From contig CAVGJZ010000008.1 of the NCBI GenBank assembly GCA_963629785.1, forward strand, positions 6,938-70,937: DNA of 64,000 nt, written 5' to 3'. Shown in pieces: positions 50,377-60,100 of this stretch. The position numbers were made by a program, and so were the translations under genes. Below the pieces are notes generated by a model, which saw nothing but the letters and a program-made list of their open reading frames with translations, was not told the origin of the DNA and did not search any database. Within the stretch, counting starts at the first letter, position 1; each line of letters starts with the position of its first letter. The DNA is from Oscillibacter sp. MSJ-31 (lineage in GTDB: Bacteria; Bacteroidota; Bacteroidia; Bacteroidales; Bacteroidaceae).

Positions 50377-51525
50377 TTATCTGTTTCCGTACATCTGTTC
50401 GTAATATTTTTGGTAATCGCCACTCGTCACCTCGGCAATCCAGTCCTGATGCTCAAGATTCCATTTGATGGTCTTCACGATGCCGTCGGCGAACTTCGTC
50501 TCGGGATACCATCCAAGTTCGTCCTTAATCTTGGTGGGGTCGATGGCGTAGCGCTGGTCGTGGCCGAGGCGGTCTGCCACGAAGGTTATCAGGTCTTCGT
50601 TGATCCAGCTGATGTCGATGTCACCGTTTGCGTCTTTCACCTGCTTCTTCAGCACGCGGCGCAGTTCCTTGTCCTCAGCCATCATGTCGTGAATCGTCTT
50701 TATGGTAAGCTTCACAATATTGATATTGGTCATCTCGTTGTGGCCGCCAACGTTGTAAGCCTCGCCCTCGCGTCCCTCGCGCACAACGAGGTCGATTGCC
50801 TTGCAGTGGTCTTCCACATACAGCCAGTCGCGCACATTCTCGCCCTTGCCGTAAACAGGGAGTTTCTTGCCTTCAAGGATATTGTTGATAATGAGCGGAA
50901 TGAGTTTTTCGGGGAAATGGTAAGGGCCGTAGTTGTTGGAACAGCGTGTGATTGACACCGGCATGTGATAGGTGTCGTGATAAGCCTTCACAATCATGTC
51001 GGCACTTGTCTTTGAAGAACTGTAAGGGCTGTGCGGACAGAGCGGGGTGTTCTCCGTGAAGAATCCCTCGGCTCCGAGCGACCCGTACACCTCGTCGGTG
51101 CTTACCTGGTGATAGCGTTTGCCCGGCTTCCATGTGGGATAACCGTTCTCGTCCTTTCCCGTCACCCATGCCCTGCGTGCTCCGTCGAGCAGGTTTTGCG
51201 TTCCGAGGATATTCGTTTCAAGGAAGAGCTGCGGATTTTCGATGGAGCGGTCCACATGACTCTCGGCGGCGAAGTTCACCACGTAGTCGATGTCGTTCAC
51301 GGCGAAGAGAGTGTCGACGAGTTTGCGGTCGCGGATGTCGCCACGCACAAAGAAGCAACGCTCGTTGTCGATGTCCTCCTTTATGGTGCCGAGGTTTCCT
51401 GCGTAGGTAAGAAGGTCAAGAACGATAACCTTTATGTCCTCGTCCTTGTACTTGCGGTGAAGCAGATACTTGATGTAGTTAGCTCCGATAAATCCGGCTG
51501 CGCCAGTCACTAAATAAGTTTTCAT
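50377..51525 (-). CDS. rfbB: dTDP-glucose 4,6-dehydratase
   Basis: GAAGFIGANY Rossmann motif and the YSSSK catalytic motif in a 382-aa protein. Confidence 0.92.
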   Translation of the reverse strand: MKTYLVTGAAGFIGANYIKYLLHRKYKDEDIKVIVLDLLTYAGNLGTIKEDIDNERCFFVRGDIRDRKLVDTLFAVNDIDYVVNFAAESHVDRSIENPQLFLETNILGTQNLLDGARRAWVTGKDENGYPTWKPGKRYHQVSTDEVYGSLGAEGFFTENTPLCPHSPYSSSKTSADMIVKAYHDTYHMPVSITRCSNNYGPYHFPEKLIPLIINNILEGKKLPVYGKGENVRDWLYVEDHCKAIDLVVREGREGEAYNVGGHNEMTNINIVKLTIKTIHDMMAEDKELRRVLKKQVKDANGDIDISWINEDLITFVADRLGHDQRYAIDPTKIKDELGWYPETKFADGIVKTIKWNLEHQDWIAEVTSGDYQKYYEQMYGNR

Positions 51526-51554
51526 AACTCTATATTTATGTAGGTTCTAAATTC

Positions 51555-51572
51555 TTTTTTTTTGGGGGGGGG
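51555..51572. repeat. Adjacent homopolymer tracts T9 and G9 in the rfbB upstream region
   Basis: T9 at 51555-51563 and G9 at 51564-51572, followed by a GGTGGG/CCCACC hairpin. The tracts lie 30-47 bp upstream of the rfbB ATG when read on the minus strand. Confidence 0.9.
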
Positions 51573-51604
51573 TGGGATTTCCAACCCACCCTTGATGTTT
51601 TATT

Positions 51605-52096
51605 TCAGTCAGCGAGTGTTATCACCTCACAGTCGGGAAACTTGTCCCCGTCGATGGTAAGCCTCACGAGTGTCCTGTCCTTGTGCCACCCCTGTATGCC
51701 GGCGGCGCCGGGGTTTATATGGAGCAGTCCCAGCGTCTTGTCGTATTTCACCTTGAGGATATGGCTGTGTCCGCTGATGAACAGCTTTGGCGGCATGGCG
51801 AAAATCTGCGACCTCACGCTTGCGTCGTAATTACCGGGATAACCGCCGATATGCTTCATCAGCACATCCACGCCCTCACACTTGAAACGCAGTTTCTCCG
51901 TGAACATGAGGCGCAGGTCGCCGCCGTCACAGTTGCCGTAGACAGCACGCAGGGGCTTGAAAGCCGCAAGCTTTTCCGCCACTTCCACGGAACCGATATC
52001 ACCTGCGTGCCATATCTCGTCGCAAGGCTCAAAATACTTCAGGTAACGGTCGTCCCACCACGAATGAGTGTCGCTGATAATTCCGATTTTCTTCAC
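51605..52096 (-). CDS. YfcE/MJ0936-like metallophosphoesterase
   Basis: ISDTHS, HAGDIG, GNCD and GHSH motifs. Confidence 0.88.
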   Translation of the reverse strand: MKKIGIISDTHSWWDDRYLKYFEPCDEIWHAGDIGSVEVAEKLAAFKPLRAVYGNCDGGDLRLMFTEKLRFKCEGVDVLMKHIGGYPGNYDASVRSQIFAMPPKLFISGHSHILKVKYDKTLGLLHINPGAAGIQGWHKDRTLVRLTIDGDKFPDCEVITLAD

Positions 52097-52128
52097 TTTG
52101 CCTCTTTGTTATTGTGCCGACGAGCGGT

Positions 52129-52761
52129 TCAGTCTATTTTCAATACCCTCTGGACGAACTCCTTTATATATACTTCGGTAGCCTCAAGTCCCAAGAGCGA
52201 GGTATTCACACAAAGGTCGTATGAGGAACTGTCGCCCCATTTCTTTCCAGTGTAGTAGTTGTAGTATGTGGAGCGCGCCTTCTCGCCGTTTTGAATAAAC
52301 TTGAGAGCTTCCTCCTCCGAACATTCCTTGCGTTTCTGCACCTCGGATACACGGTCTTCAATGTTGGCGGTGATAAACACGTCCACCACGTTGTCGAAAT
52401 CCCTGAGCACATAGTCGGCGCACCTTCCCACAAAGACGCAAGAGCCCTCCGTGGCGAGCTTGCGTATGGTGTCGCTCTGGAACTTGAACAATCCCTCCTG
52501 CGAGAAATCGTTGTCGTAGAAGCTACTGTCGCCAATCAACGGAGTGTGCATGTGGAACAGGGAATGGAAAAAGCCCTTCTGCTCATCGTTCTGCTCAAAG
52601 AATTTCTCGCAGAAGCCGCTTTCCTTGGCGGTTATAGTGAGCAACTCGCGGTCGTAGAAACCGCAACCGAAATCATCGGCGAGCATCTTGGCGACAATCA
52701 TGCCGCCGCTGCCTATCTGGCGACCCACGTTAATTGTTATCTTCTTCTTACTGCTCTCCAT
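52129..52761 (-). CDS. Cytidylate kinase-like family protein
   Basis: P-loop-like GRQIGSGG near the N-terminus of a 210-aa protein. Confidence 0.75.
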   Translation of the reverse strand: MESSKKKITINVGRQIGSGGMIVAKMLADDFGCGFYDRELLTITAKESGFCEKFFEQNDEQKGFFHSLFHMHTPLIGDSSFYDNDFSQEGLFKFQSDTIRKLATEGSCVFVGRCADYVLRDFDNVVDVFITANIEDRVSEVQKRKECSEEEALKFIQNGEKARSTYYNYYTGKKWGDSSSYDLCVNTSLLGLEATEVYIKEFVQRVLKID

Positions 52762-54121
52762 CTGACATAATCTTTTTATGTTGTTCTTTGAATTTTTTCA
52801 TGTAAGCCGCCATCAGCGCTATAGCCACCACCACAGCCACAGTGTCGGAAATGGGCATCGCCCACCATACGCCGTCCACTCCCATAAACATCGGGAGAAT
52901 GATGAGCAGGGGCAGGAGAAATATCATCTGCCTCGACAGCGAGAGGAACATGCTCACCTTCGCCTTGCCGATACTCTGGAAGAAATTGGCGATGACCATC
53001 TGCGAGCCGACAAAAATAAATGCCGCCATCATGACACGCAACCCGTTCACCGACAACTCTATCAGCTGCCGGTCGGTGGTAAACAGCCTGACGCACGGTT
53101 CGGGGAAGAATTCGGCAATGACAAATCCCGTGGACGTGATACATGTGCCGACAAGCACCGCAAGCTTCAGCACGCGCATCAGCCTGTCGAGTTTCATTGC
53201 CCCGTAGTTGTATCCGGCTATCGGCTGCATGCCCTGGTTGAGACCGATATTCACCATCACGAAGATAAAGCATATCTTGTTGGCTATACCGTAAGCCCCC
53301 ACTGCGAGGTCGCCGCTATATTGCAACAGTCCCTTGTTGATGAATATCACTACAATGCAGGCGCACACGTTCATGGAGAAGGGCGAAAGCCCTATGGCGA
53401 TGATATTCTTCACTATCGACTTGCGGAGTTTGTAGATACCCCTCTGCAGATGCAGCAGTTCGTTCTTGTCGGCGAAAATCTTCATCTGCCATACCAATGC
53501 CACTATCTGCGAAAGTATAGTGGCATAGGCGGCACCCTTTATTCCCATGTGCATGGGATAGATGAAAATAGGGTCAAGGACGGTGTTGAGCACAACGGTG
53601 AAAATCGTGGCACACATCGCCTGACGGGGCTTTCCCGCTGCCCTCAACACGGCGTTCATTCCGAAATACATGTGGGAGAACACGTTTCCGAGCAACACTA
53701 TCACCATATAGTCGCGGGCGTAAGGTATCGTCTGCTCGCTTGCCCCGAAGAAATAGAGTATGGGGTCGAGGAAGAGGAGGGAAATCACGCTGAATGCGAT
53801 ACCTATGATAAGGTTGAGCACAACGGTATTTCCCAATATCATCTGCGCCGTCTTGTGGTCGCGCTGCCCGAGCTTCACCGATATGCAGGTGGAAGCTCCT
53901 ATACCCACGCCGGCACCGAATGCCGACGCAAGATTCATGAAGGGGAACGTGATGGCGAGTCCGCTGATTGCCATCGCCCCCACGCCCTGTCCGATAAAGA
54001 TGCTGTCCACCATATTATACAAGGAGGATGCAGTCATCGCTATTATGGCTGGCAGGGAATACTGCAAGAGCAGTTTACCCACGGGTTTTGTCCCTAATTC
54101 CAATGTCGCCTGGTTATTCAT
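52748..54121 (-). CDS. MATE family efflux transporter
   Basis: 12-TM pattern with N-terminal GKLLLQYSLPAIIAMTASSLYNMVDSIFIG. Confidence 0.9.
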   Translation of the reverse strand: MNNQATLELGTKPVGKLLLQYSLPAIIAMTASSLYNMVDSIFIGQGVGAMAISGLAITFPFMNLASAFGAGVGIGASTCISVKLGQRDHKTAQMILGNTVVLNLIIGIAFSVISLLFLDPILYFFGASEQTIPYARDYMVIVLLGNVFSHMYFGMNAVLRAAGKPRQAMCATIFTVVLNTVLDPIFIYPMHMGIKGAAYATILSQIVALVWQMKIFADKNELLHLQRGIYKLRKSIVKNIIAIGLSPFSMNVCACIVVIFINKGLLQYSGDLAVGAYGIANKICFIFVMVNIGLNQGMQPIAGYNYGAMKLDRLMRVLKLAVLVGTCITSTGFVIAEFFPEPCVRLFTTDRQLIELSVNGLRVMMAAFIFVGSQMVIANFFQSIGKAKVSMFLSLSRQMIFLLPLLIILPMFMGVDGVWWAMPISDTVAVVVAIALMAAYMKKFKEQHKKIMSDGEQ

Positions 54122-54202
54122 TTTCCGTTATTTTCTTCTTTCTTTCTAAATAAATTCAAAGTCATTAATGATTCATGCCCGGTGCATAAATGCCCCAGTT
54201 CC

Positions 54203-56323
54203 CTACTCCACAAGGAATATGTCATCGCTTTCGGCCTCCTTGCCGGCATCATCGGCCTTGGGCTTGGGCGGATTTTTCAGGTTGCCCTTCTCGTCGAACA
54301 TTCCGTACGTGGTACGCAGCACAACGAACTCAGTGCGGCGGTTGAGCTGGTTGCAGATCTCCTGCTTGTCCTTGTCGAGCTTCTTGATGAAGTCCTCCGT
54401 CAGCACGTCGCCCTCCTTTAGCCACGTGTATTTCTCGGTGAGTTTCTTGCGTATCGTCTTGGGCTTGGCCTTCCCGTATCCTACCGGGGTGAGGCGGTCC
54501 GCCTTTATTCCCTTGCCGATAAGGTATTTCACCACCGTTTCGGCTCTCCTCTGCGACAATGTCTTGTTGTAAGCCTCGCTACCCTTGTAGTCGCAATGCG
54601 CACTCAGCTCTATCGTCACGTTGGGGTTTTCCTCAAGCAGTTTCACGAGTTCGTCAAGAGCCGTCGCCGACTCGGGGCGCAACGTGTATTTGTCGAAATC
54701 ATAGAAGATATTGTCAATCAGCACAGGCACCCTTATCGACGCAAGCGGGAACTGCAGGACATGGTCTTCCGACTGCAGCGCGGGTTTGATGCTTATCTCC
54801 TCCTTATGGTTCAGGAATCCCTTACAGGTAGCAAGCAGGACATAGTCCACTCCCGGGTTCACCACCTCCGTGAACGACCCGTCGCCCTTCACGCTGAGCG
54901 TCTTGTTAGTCCCGTCATTGCCCACGATATACACCTGTGCGGCAGGCAGTTCGTAGCCCTCCATTTCGTAGACCCATCCCGTTATGGTCTGCACTATCTC
55001 CGGCTTCTCGAAACTGTAGATATGGTCCCAACCACGTCCGTCGCCACGGTTTGACGAGAAGAATCCCCTGTTGTGGGCGCCCTCGAATGTCATTCCGAAG
55101 TCATCCGCCTGCGAATTCAACGGATAGCCCGGATGCTCAAGAACTATTTTCCTGGTATTCCTGTCGTATTTGGCGATAAAGATATCCAGTCCGCCAAGTC
55201 CCGGATGGCCGTTGCTCGAGAAATAGAGGTCGCCGTTGGGCCTGAACGTAGGGAAAAGCTCGTCGCCCGCCGTATTGACAGGCTCTCCCAGATTTTCCAC
55301 CCCGCCAAGTCCTGCCGCAGTGATACGCACCCTCCAAATGTCAAAACCGCCCTTGCCGCCGGGCATATCCGACGCGAAATAGAGCCATTCGCCGTCCGGC
55401 GACACTGCGGGATGGGCGTAGCTGGAAAGCGTGTCGCGCGTTATTTCGAGCTTGGCGGCTTTTCCCCATGCTGCATCCGAGCGGTTTGAGGTCACTATAG
55501 TGGCGTAGCGCGGATACGACGCATCGGAGACACACTGCGTGAGATACATCACCCTCTGGTCGGGCGAAAAGCAGCACGCCCCTTCGTCATATTCGGTGTT
55601 CAGTCCTGAGGATATTGTCTGCGGCTTGCCCCATTTGCCCTTCTCGTCTTTCTGCGAGAAAAAGATGTCGCCGTTCTTTGTTCCCGTTATGCCGCTCAGC
55701 TCGTCACCTTCCGCCTCGTTCCGGGTGGAGGTGAAATAAAGCTGTTCAAACTGGTCTCCGCAAAACATCGGGGAAAAGTCGGCACGGCGCGAATTGAAGA
55801 TATCCATTTTCTTCACCGTGTACTGCGAGCCCTCCTCCTTTACCTTACGGGCGGTGAGGGCAGACTGCAGTCCGTTTGCCGCCAGTTCGTTGCCCGGCAT
55901 GGAATCGAGAAGCGAACGGAACTCCTGCTCCGCCTCGCGATAGTTGCCGTCCTTGAGCAAAGCCCTTGCAAATGCGAGGTGCGTGTCGGCGGAATCGGCG
56001 TGATAGCGTATCGCGTTGCGGTAGGCGGCGATAGCCTTCTGGTTGAAATTTATCCTGTCGTAGCAGTATGCCATCTTTGCGGCATACTTGCCACGCTGCG
56101 CCTTGTCCTTCGGCTTTGTGTTGCTGTACGCCTTTTTATACTGCGCCGCCGCGTCGTAGTATTCGCCGAGGGCAAGGTATTTCTCGCCCTTCTTGAAATT
56201 GCGTTCGGCCCCGCAGGACACGAGGAGCGTCATGAGGCAAACACACAATGCCCAACAAGCTTTCCGCGAAAGCCGCGAAAGGCCAAATCTCCTGTTTACT
56301 GCTGTCTCTAACGTGCCGTCCAT
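54203..56323 (-). CDS. OmpA-family lipoprotein with TPR and TolB-like (PD40) beta-propeller repeats
   Basis: Lipobox LLVSC, TPR-like N-terminus, and the C-terminal OmpA-like motif ELSAHCDYKGSEAYNKTLSQRRAETV. The exact start is uncertain. Confidence 0.82.
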   Translation of the reverse strand: MDGTLETAVNRRFGLSRLSRKACWALCVCLMTLLVSCGAERNFKKGEKYLALGEYYDAAAQYKKAYSNTKPKDKAQRGKYAAKMAYCYDRINFNQKAIAAYRNAIRYHADSADTHLAFARALLKDGNYREAEQEFRSLLDSMPGNELAANGLQSALTARKVKEEGSQYTVKKMDIFNSRRADFSPMFCGDQFEQLYFTSTRNEAEGDELSGITGTKNGDIFFSQKDEKGKWGKPQTISSGLNTEYDEGACCFSPDQRVMYLTQCVSDASYPRYATIVTSNRSDAAWGKAAKLEITRDTLSSYAHPAVSPDGEWLYFASDMPGGKGGFDIWRVRITAAGLGGVENLGEPVNTAGDELFPTFRPNGDLYFSSNGHPGLGGLDIFIAKYDRNTRKIVLEHPGYPLNSQADDFGMTFEGAHNRGFFSSNRGDGRGWDHIYSFEKPEIVQTITGWVYEMEGYELPAAQVYIVGNDGTNKTLSVKGDGSFTEVVNPGVDYVLLATCKGFLNHKEEISIKPALQSEDHVLQFPLASIRVPVLIDNIFYDFDKYTLRPESATALDELVKLLEENPNVTIELSAHCDYKGSEAYNKTLSQRRAETVVKYLIGKGIKADRLTPVGYGKAKPKTIRKKLTEKYTWLKEGDVLTEDFIKKLDKDKQEICNQLNRRTEFVVLRTTYGMFDEKGNLKNPPKPKADDAGKEAESDDIFLVE

Positions 56324-56371
56324 TTTCTATTCAACTTTGTTGTATATAGCGTAAACTCAAACTTTGCCGAT

Positions 56372-58417
56372 TTATTGTGCGAATGGCTTTCTGAAAGAGC
56401 ATCCTTCCTTCCATCTGCTGCACCCGTAGGCAGCCTTGCCCTTTATCACAGTGCCTTTTCCGCAAAGCGGGCACACGGTCCCTTCCGTTATCCCGGCGGC
56501 GGCAGGAGCAGGCGCAGCGGCGGATTTAGCCTGAGCTGCTGTGGTCTTGTCGCCCGTCGCAGTGCGTGAAGAGCGCGGCTTGCGTGACTTTTTCTTCAAG
56601 TCCTCGTCCGTCAGCACCGTCACGTGCCTGTTGCTGTTGTCAATCAACACGTCATGCACAATCTGGTTTATCTGTTCCTTGAGTTCGCTGATGAACTGTG
56701 CCGGGTCGTAGGTCTTGTGCTCTATGTCGCGGAGTTTCTTTTCCCATATACCGGTCAGTTCGCAACTTTTGAGCAGCTCCTCCTTTATGAGGTCGATGAG
56801 TTCTATCCCCGTGGCTGTCGCCACAAGGTTTTTCCTCTCCCTGCGTATATAGCGCCGCTTGAAGAGCGTTTCTATGATGCCGGCTCTCGACGAGGGCCGT
56901 CCGATGCCGTTCTCCTTGAGTGCGGCGCGCAGTTCTTCGTTATCCACGAATTTTCCCGCCGTCTCCATAGCCCGCAGCAGTGTCGCTTCCGTATAATACT
57001 TGGGCGGCGTGGTCCATTTCTCGGTCAGCGTGGGCGTATGGTCGCCGCTCTCTCCCTTTTGAAATTCGGGGAGGGTGCGCTCCTCGTCCTGCAGCTTGTT
57101 GTCTTCGCTGTCCGGCTGGTTAGCCGCATTGTCCTTGGCGTACACGTCGCGCCACCCCTGTTCGAGGATGAGTTTTCCTGTCGCCTTGAATTCAATGCCG
57201 TCCACGTCGCCGAGCACTGTCGTCGTGGCAAACTTGCAGTCGGGGTAGAACACGCTGATGAAACGCCTTGCTATGAGGTCGTACACGTAGTGCTCCATAT
57301 CACTGAGCCCCTGCGCCGGCACTCCTGTAGGGATAATGGCGTGGTGGTCTGTCACTTTCGACGTGTCGAACACTTTGTTCGATTTCTTCAGCGGCCTGCC
57401 CCTCAATGCCTGCGTGAGGTTTTCGTATCCCTTGATCCCATTGAGTATTCCCGCGCACTTGGGATAGATATCATCGCTAAGGTATTGCGTATCGACACGC
57501 GGGTATGTGGTCAGCTTGCGTTCGTAAAGCGTCTGTATGATTTTCAGCGTCATGTCGGCGCTCATTGAGAACTTGCGGTTGCAGTCCACCTGCAACGACG
57601 TTAGGTCGTAGAGGCGCGGCGGAGCTTCCGTCCCTTTCTTCTTCTGTACGTCGGTCACGGCAAACGGCTTTCCGGCTATCGTCTGGAAAGCCTGCTCACC
57701 TTCCTCCTTGGTGGAGAATTTCCCCTTGGTGGCAGTAAACGTGGTGTCGCGGTAGACAGTGGCGAGCACCCAGTATGGCTCGGGCTGGAAATTGTCAATC
57801 TCCTTCTGCCTGTTCACTATAAGCGCCAGCGTGGGGGTCTGCACCCTGCCGATGGAGAGCACCTGTCGGTTCTGCCCGTATTTCAGCGTATAGAGCCTTG
57901 TGGCGTTCATGCCCAGTATCCAGTCGCCTATAGCCCGGCTAAGTCCCGCCATATACAACGGCTGGTAGTTTTCCTGCGGCTTGAGGTCGGCGAAGCCCTC
58001 GCGTATAGCCTCGTCGGTCATGGAGGATATCCACAGGCGTTTCACGGGGCATTTCGCCTGCGCCTTCTGCATCACCCAGCGCTGGATGAGCTCTCCCTCC
58101 TGTCCGGCATCGCCGCAGTTGATGATGCCGTCGGCATTCTGCATGAGTTTCTCTATCACGGAAAACTGTTTCCTGATACCCTTGTCGTCTATGAGCTTGA
58201 TGCCGAAACGCTCGGGTATCATCGGCAGCGACGCCAGACTCCAGCGTTTCCACAACGGCGTGTAGTCGTCAGGCTCCTTTAGGGTACACAGATGGCCGAA
58301 AGTCCATGTCACCTGATACCCGTTGCCCTCCATATAGCCGTCGCGCTGGCTGTTCGCCCCTATAATCTTGGCGATATCCTTGGCAACGCTCGGTTTCTCC
58401 GCTATGCAAACTACCAT
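56372..58417 (-). CDS. topB: DNA topoisomerase III with a C-terminal zinc ribbon
   Basis: Toprim start VVCIAEKPSVAKDIA, type IA core, and the C-terminal CPLCGKG...YGCSRWKEGC. Confidence 0.88.
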   Translation of the reverse strand: MVVCIAEKPSVAKDIAKIIGANSQRDGYMEGNGYQVTWTFGHLCTLKEPDDYTPLWKRWSLASLPMIPERFGIKLIDDKGIRKQFSVIEKLMQNADGIINCGDAGQEGELIQRWVMQKAQAKCPVKRLWISSMTDEAIREGFADLKPQENYQPLYMAGLSRAIGDWILGMNATRLYTLKYGQNRQVLSIGRVQTPTLALIVNRQKEIDNFQPEPYWVLATVYRDTTFTATKGKFSTKEEGEQAFQTIAGKPFAVTDVQKKKGTEAPPRLYDLTSLQVDCNRKFSMSADMTLKIIQTLYERKLTTYPRVDTQYLSDDIYPKCAGILNGIKGYENLTQALRGRPLKKSNKVFDTSKVTDHHAIIPTGVPAQGLSDMEHYVYDLIARRFISVFYPDCKFATTTVLGDVDGIEFKATGKLILEQGWRDVYAKDNAANQPDSEDNKLQDEERTLPEFQKGESGDHTPTLTEKWTTPPKYYTEATLLRAMETAGKFVDNEELRAALKENGIGRPSSRAGIIETLFKRRYIRRERKNLVATATGIELIDLIKEELLKSCELTGIWEKKLRDIEHKTYDPAQFISELKEQINQIVHDVLIDNSNRHVTVLTDEDLKKKSRKPRSSRTATGDKTTAAQAKSAAAPAPAAAGITEGTVCPLCGKGTVIKGKAAYGCSRWKEGCSFRKPFAQ

Positions 58418-58426
58418 CGCCGCAGA

Positions 58427-58936
58427 CTACTCCTTCACAATACAGTTTTCTATCTCCAGAACATACACGTCGTGGTATCCGCCTTTCTCTCCGTACCACT
58501 GCACAAGGCTCTTGTCAATGAAATTGCTTTCCGCCATCGTGTCCTTGTAGAGCTTGCGGCAAACCATGGTAAGCCGCGCCTCCTCAAACGTAATGTCCCC
58601 GCCTTCGGTTTCCACAGGGTGAAGCCCGGCTTCGGCAACCTTGTCGCAGTCGCGCCCCGACTTGCTTCCGCACACGGCATACGCCTTGCGCGCCTCCTCG
58701 CCATGACCGAGGAAAGAGAGCGTCAATGTGCTGCCCTGCTCTATAAAGCCGTGGGTGTACCTCTCCGGGCGTATGAACACCACCGCCACCGGCTTGTTCC
58801 ACAGCCAGCCGATACATCCCCACGAAGCGGTCATCGTATTGAACTTGTCCTTGTTTCCGGCAGTAACGAGCATCCACTCCTTGCCTATGGTCTCGAAGAA
58901 ATTGTCGGTCAATTCTCTTGCGTCTATCGTTCTCAT
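58427..58936 (-). CDS. Flavin reductase-like (FMN-binding split barrel) protein
   Basis: 169 aa, with TAGNKDKFNTMTASWG typical of the family. Confidence 0.8.
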   Translation of the reverse strand: MRTIDARELTDNFFETIGKEWMLVTAGNKDKFNTMTASWGCIGWLWNKPVAVVFIRPERYTHGFIEQGSTLTLSFLGHGEEARKAYAVCGSKSGRDCDKVAEAGLHPVETEGGDITFEEARLTMVCRKLYKDTMAESNFIDKSLVQWYGEKGGYHDVYVLEIENCIVKE

Positions 58937-59124
58937 CGTATAAAAAACTTGTTTATGCGTTATGGCTTATCCTAAGAAAAACAGCAGTGCGCGGAATTTC
59001 AGAACACGCCTTGTGATATTGCTTGCAAAGATAGGCATAATTTGCGAGAACGAATAAAATCAGCGAAGAAAAGATAAGCTTTCGCAGCCAAGCCGGCGGC
59101 AGCGCAAGTGCTTTTCTTCCGCCG

Positions 59125-59571
59125 TCACTTGGCACGTGTTCCCACAAACACCACCTTCAGCGCATTGGCCGCGCGCAAGGCATTCTTCACCTGCATCACG
59201 GTCTCCATGTCGGTGTCCTTGTCGGCACTGACGGACACGGTAATCTGTTCGCCGTCCTCGGGCGACATCTCGCTGCGTCGCCGGGCAAGTCTGTCCGCCA
59301 GCTCGTCTATATTCACTACCTTGCCATCCATCTGTATGCAGTAGCCCTCTCCCCCTTTGACGGGTTTTCCTATATAGATGCGCACCACTGAGGATTTGCG
59401 CACCACGTCAGAAAGATGCTTTCCCTGCGGCACGCGGTATTTCACCTTCACCTCGTCCTGCCTCATGTGGGTGACAATGATGAAGAAGAAGAGCACCGAG
59501 AATATCAAGTCGGGCAGCGACGCGGTGTTGAGCGCCGGCACTTCATGGCTGCGTTTTCTGAATCTAATCAT
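59125..59571 (-). CDS. exbD: ExbD/TolR biopolymer transport protein
   Basis: N-terminal basic stretch followed by a TM helix (LPDLIFSVLFFFIIV). Located in the exbB-exbD cluster. Confidence 0.88.
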   Translation of the reverse strand: MIRFRKRSHEVPALNTASLPDLIFSVLFFFIIVTHMRQDEVKVKYRVPQGKHLSDVVRKSSVVRIYIGKPVKGGEGYCIQMDGKVVNIDELADRLARRRSEMSPEDGEQITVSVSADKDTDMETVMQVKNALRAANALKVVFVGTRAK

Positions 59572-60100
59572 TTCCCTTGTCCTCCTTTTCCTCTACACTT
59601 TCCGTCACGCGCTGCGGAAACTCCTTGTCCACGGCTTTCCGCTCGTCGGCGTTGCATTCGGCGTATGGCTTGCGGAAACGCTTCGCCGCATATTTCTGCC
59701 GAAGGCCAAGATATGCCGAAGAAATGGCATCCTGCACATGGAAATAGTCGTCATACCTTGAACGGGGAAGCATCGTCACGTTGATCATGTGGGCACTGCG
59801 GCGCGGGCAGTTCTCCACAAAGTGAGAAATCTTTGCAGCAAGCTGCTTTATATCCGTAATGCGCTTGTCTACCGTGATGCTGCCGTCTTCGCCGATGGCG
59901 ATATCCAGAACGTTGCGCGCATCCAGCTCAGTAACCTGCTCCTCCCGTTCCTTCTGCTGCGGAGCGAGCTGCCTCTGCAATCCCTTGTTGGAATCCATTG
60001 AGGAGATGACAAGGAAAAACACGAGAAGGATAAACGATATGTCCGCCGTCGATGTGGCGTTAAGCCCGGGAACGGCAAGTTTTCTGCGTCTGCGAATCAT
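59564..60100 (-). CDS. exbD: ExbD/TolR biopolymer transport protein (second paralog)
   Basis: MIRRRRKLAVPGLNATSTADISFILLVFFLV. It overlaps both neighbouring genes. Confidence 0.88.
   Translation of the reverse strand: MIRRRRKLAVPGLNATSTADISFILLVFFLVISSMDSNKGLQRQLAPQQKEREEQVTELDARNVLDIAIGEDGSITVDKRITDIKQLAAKISHFVENCPRRSAHMINVTMLPRSRYDDYFHVQDAISSAYLGLRQKYAAKRFRKPYAECNADERKAVDKEFPQRVTESVEEKEDKGND

Noticed and set aside
56372-58417. Topoisomerase III as a marker of an integrated conjugative element
   Set aside because: No tra, mob, integrase or relaxase genes flank it. The neighbours are an OmpA-family lipoprotein, a flavin reductase-like protein and the exbBD/tonB cluster, and the composition looks like core genome.
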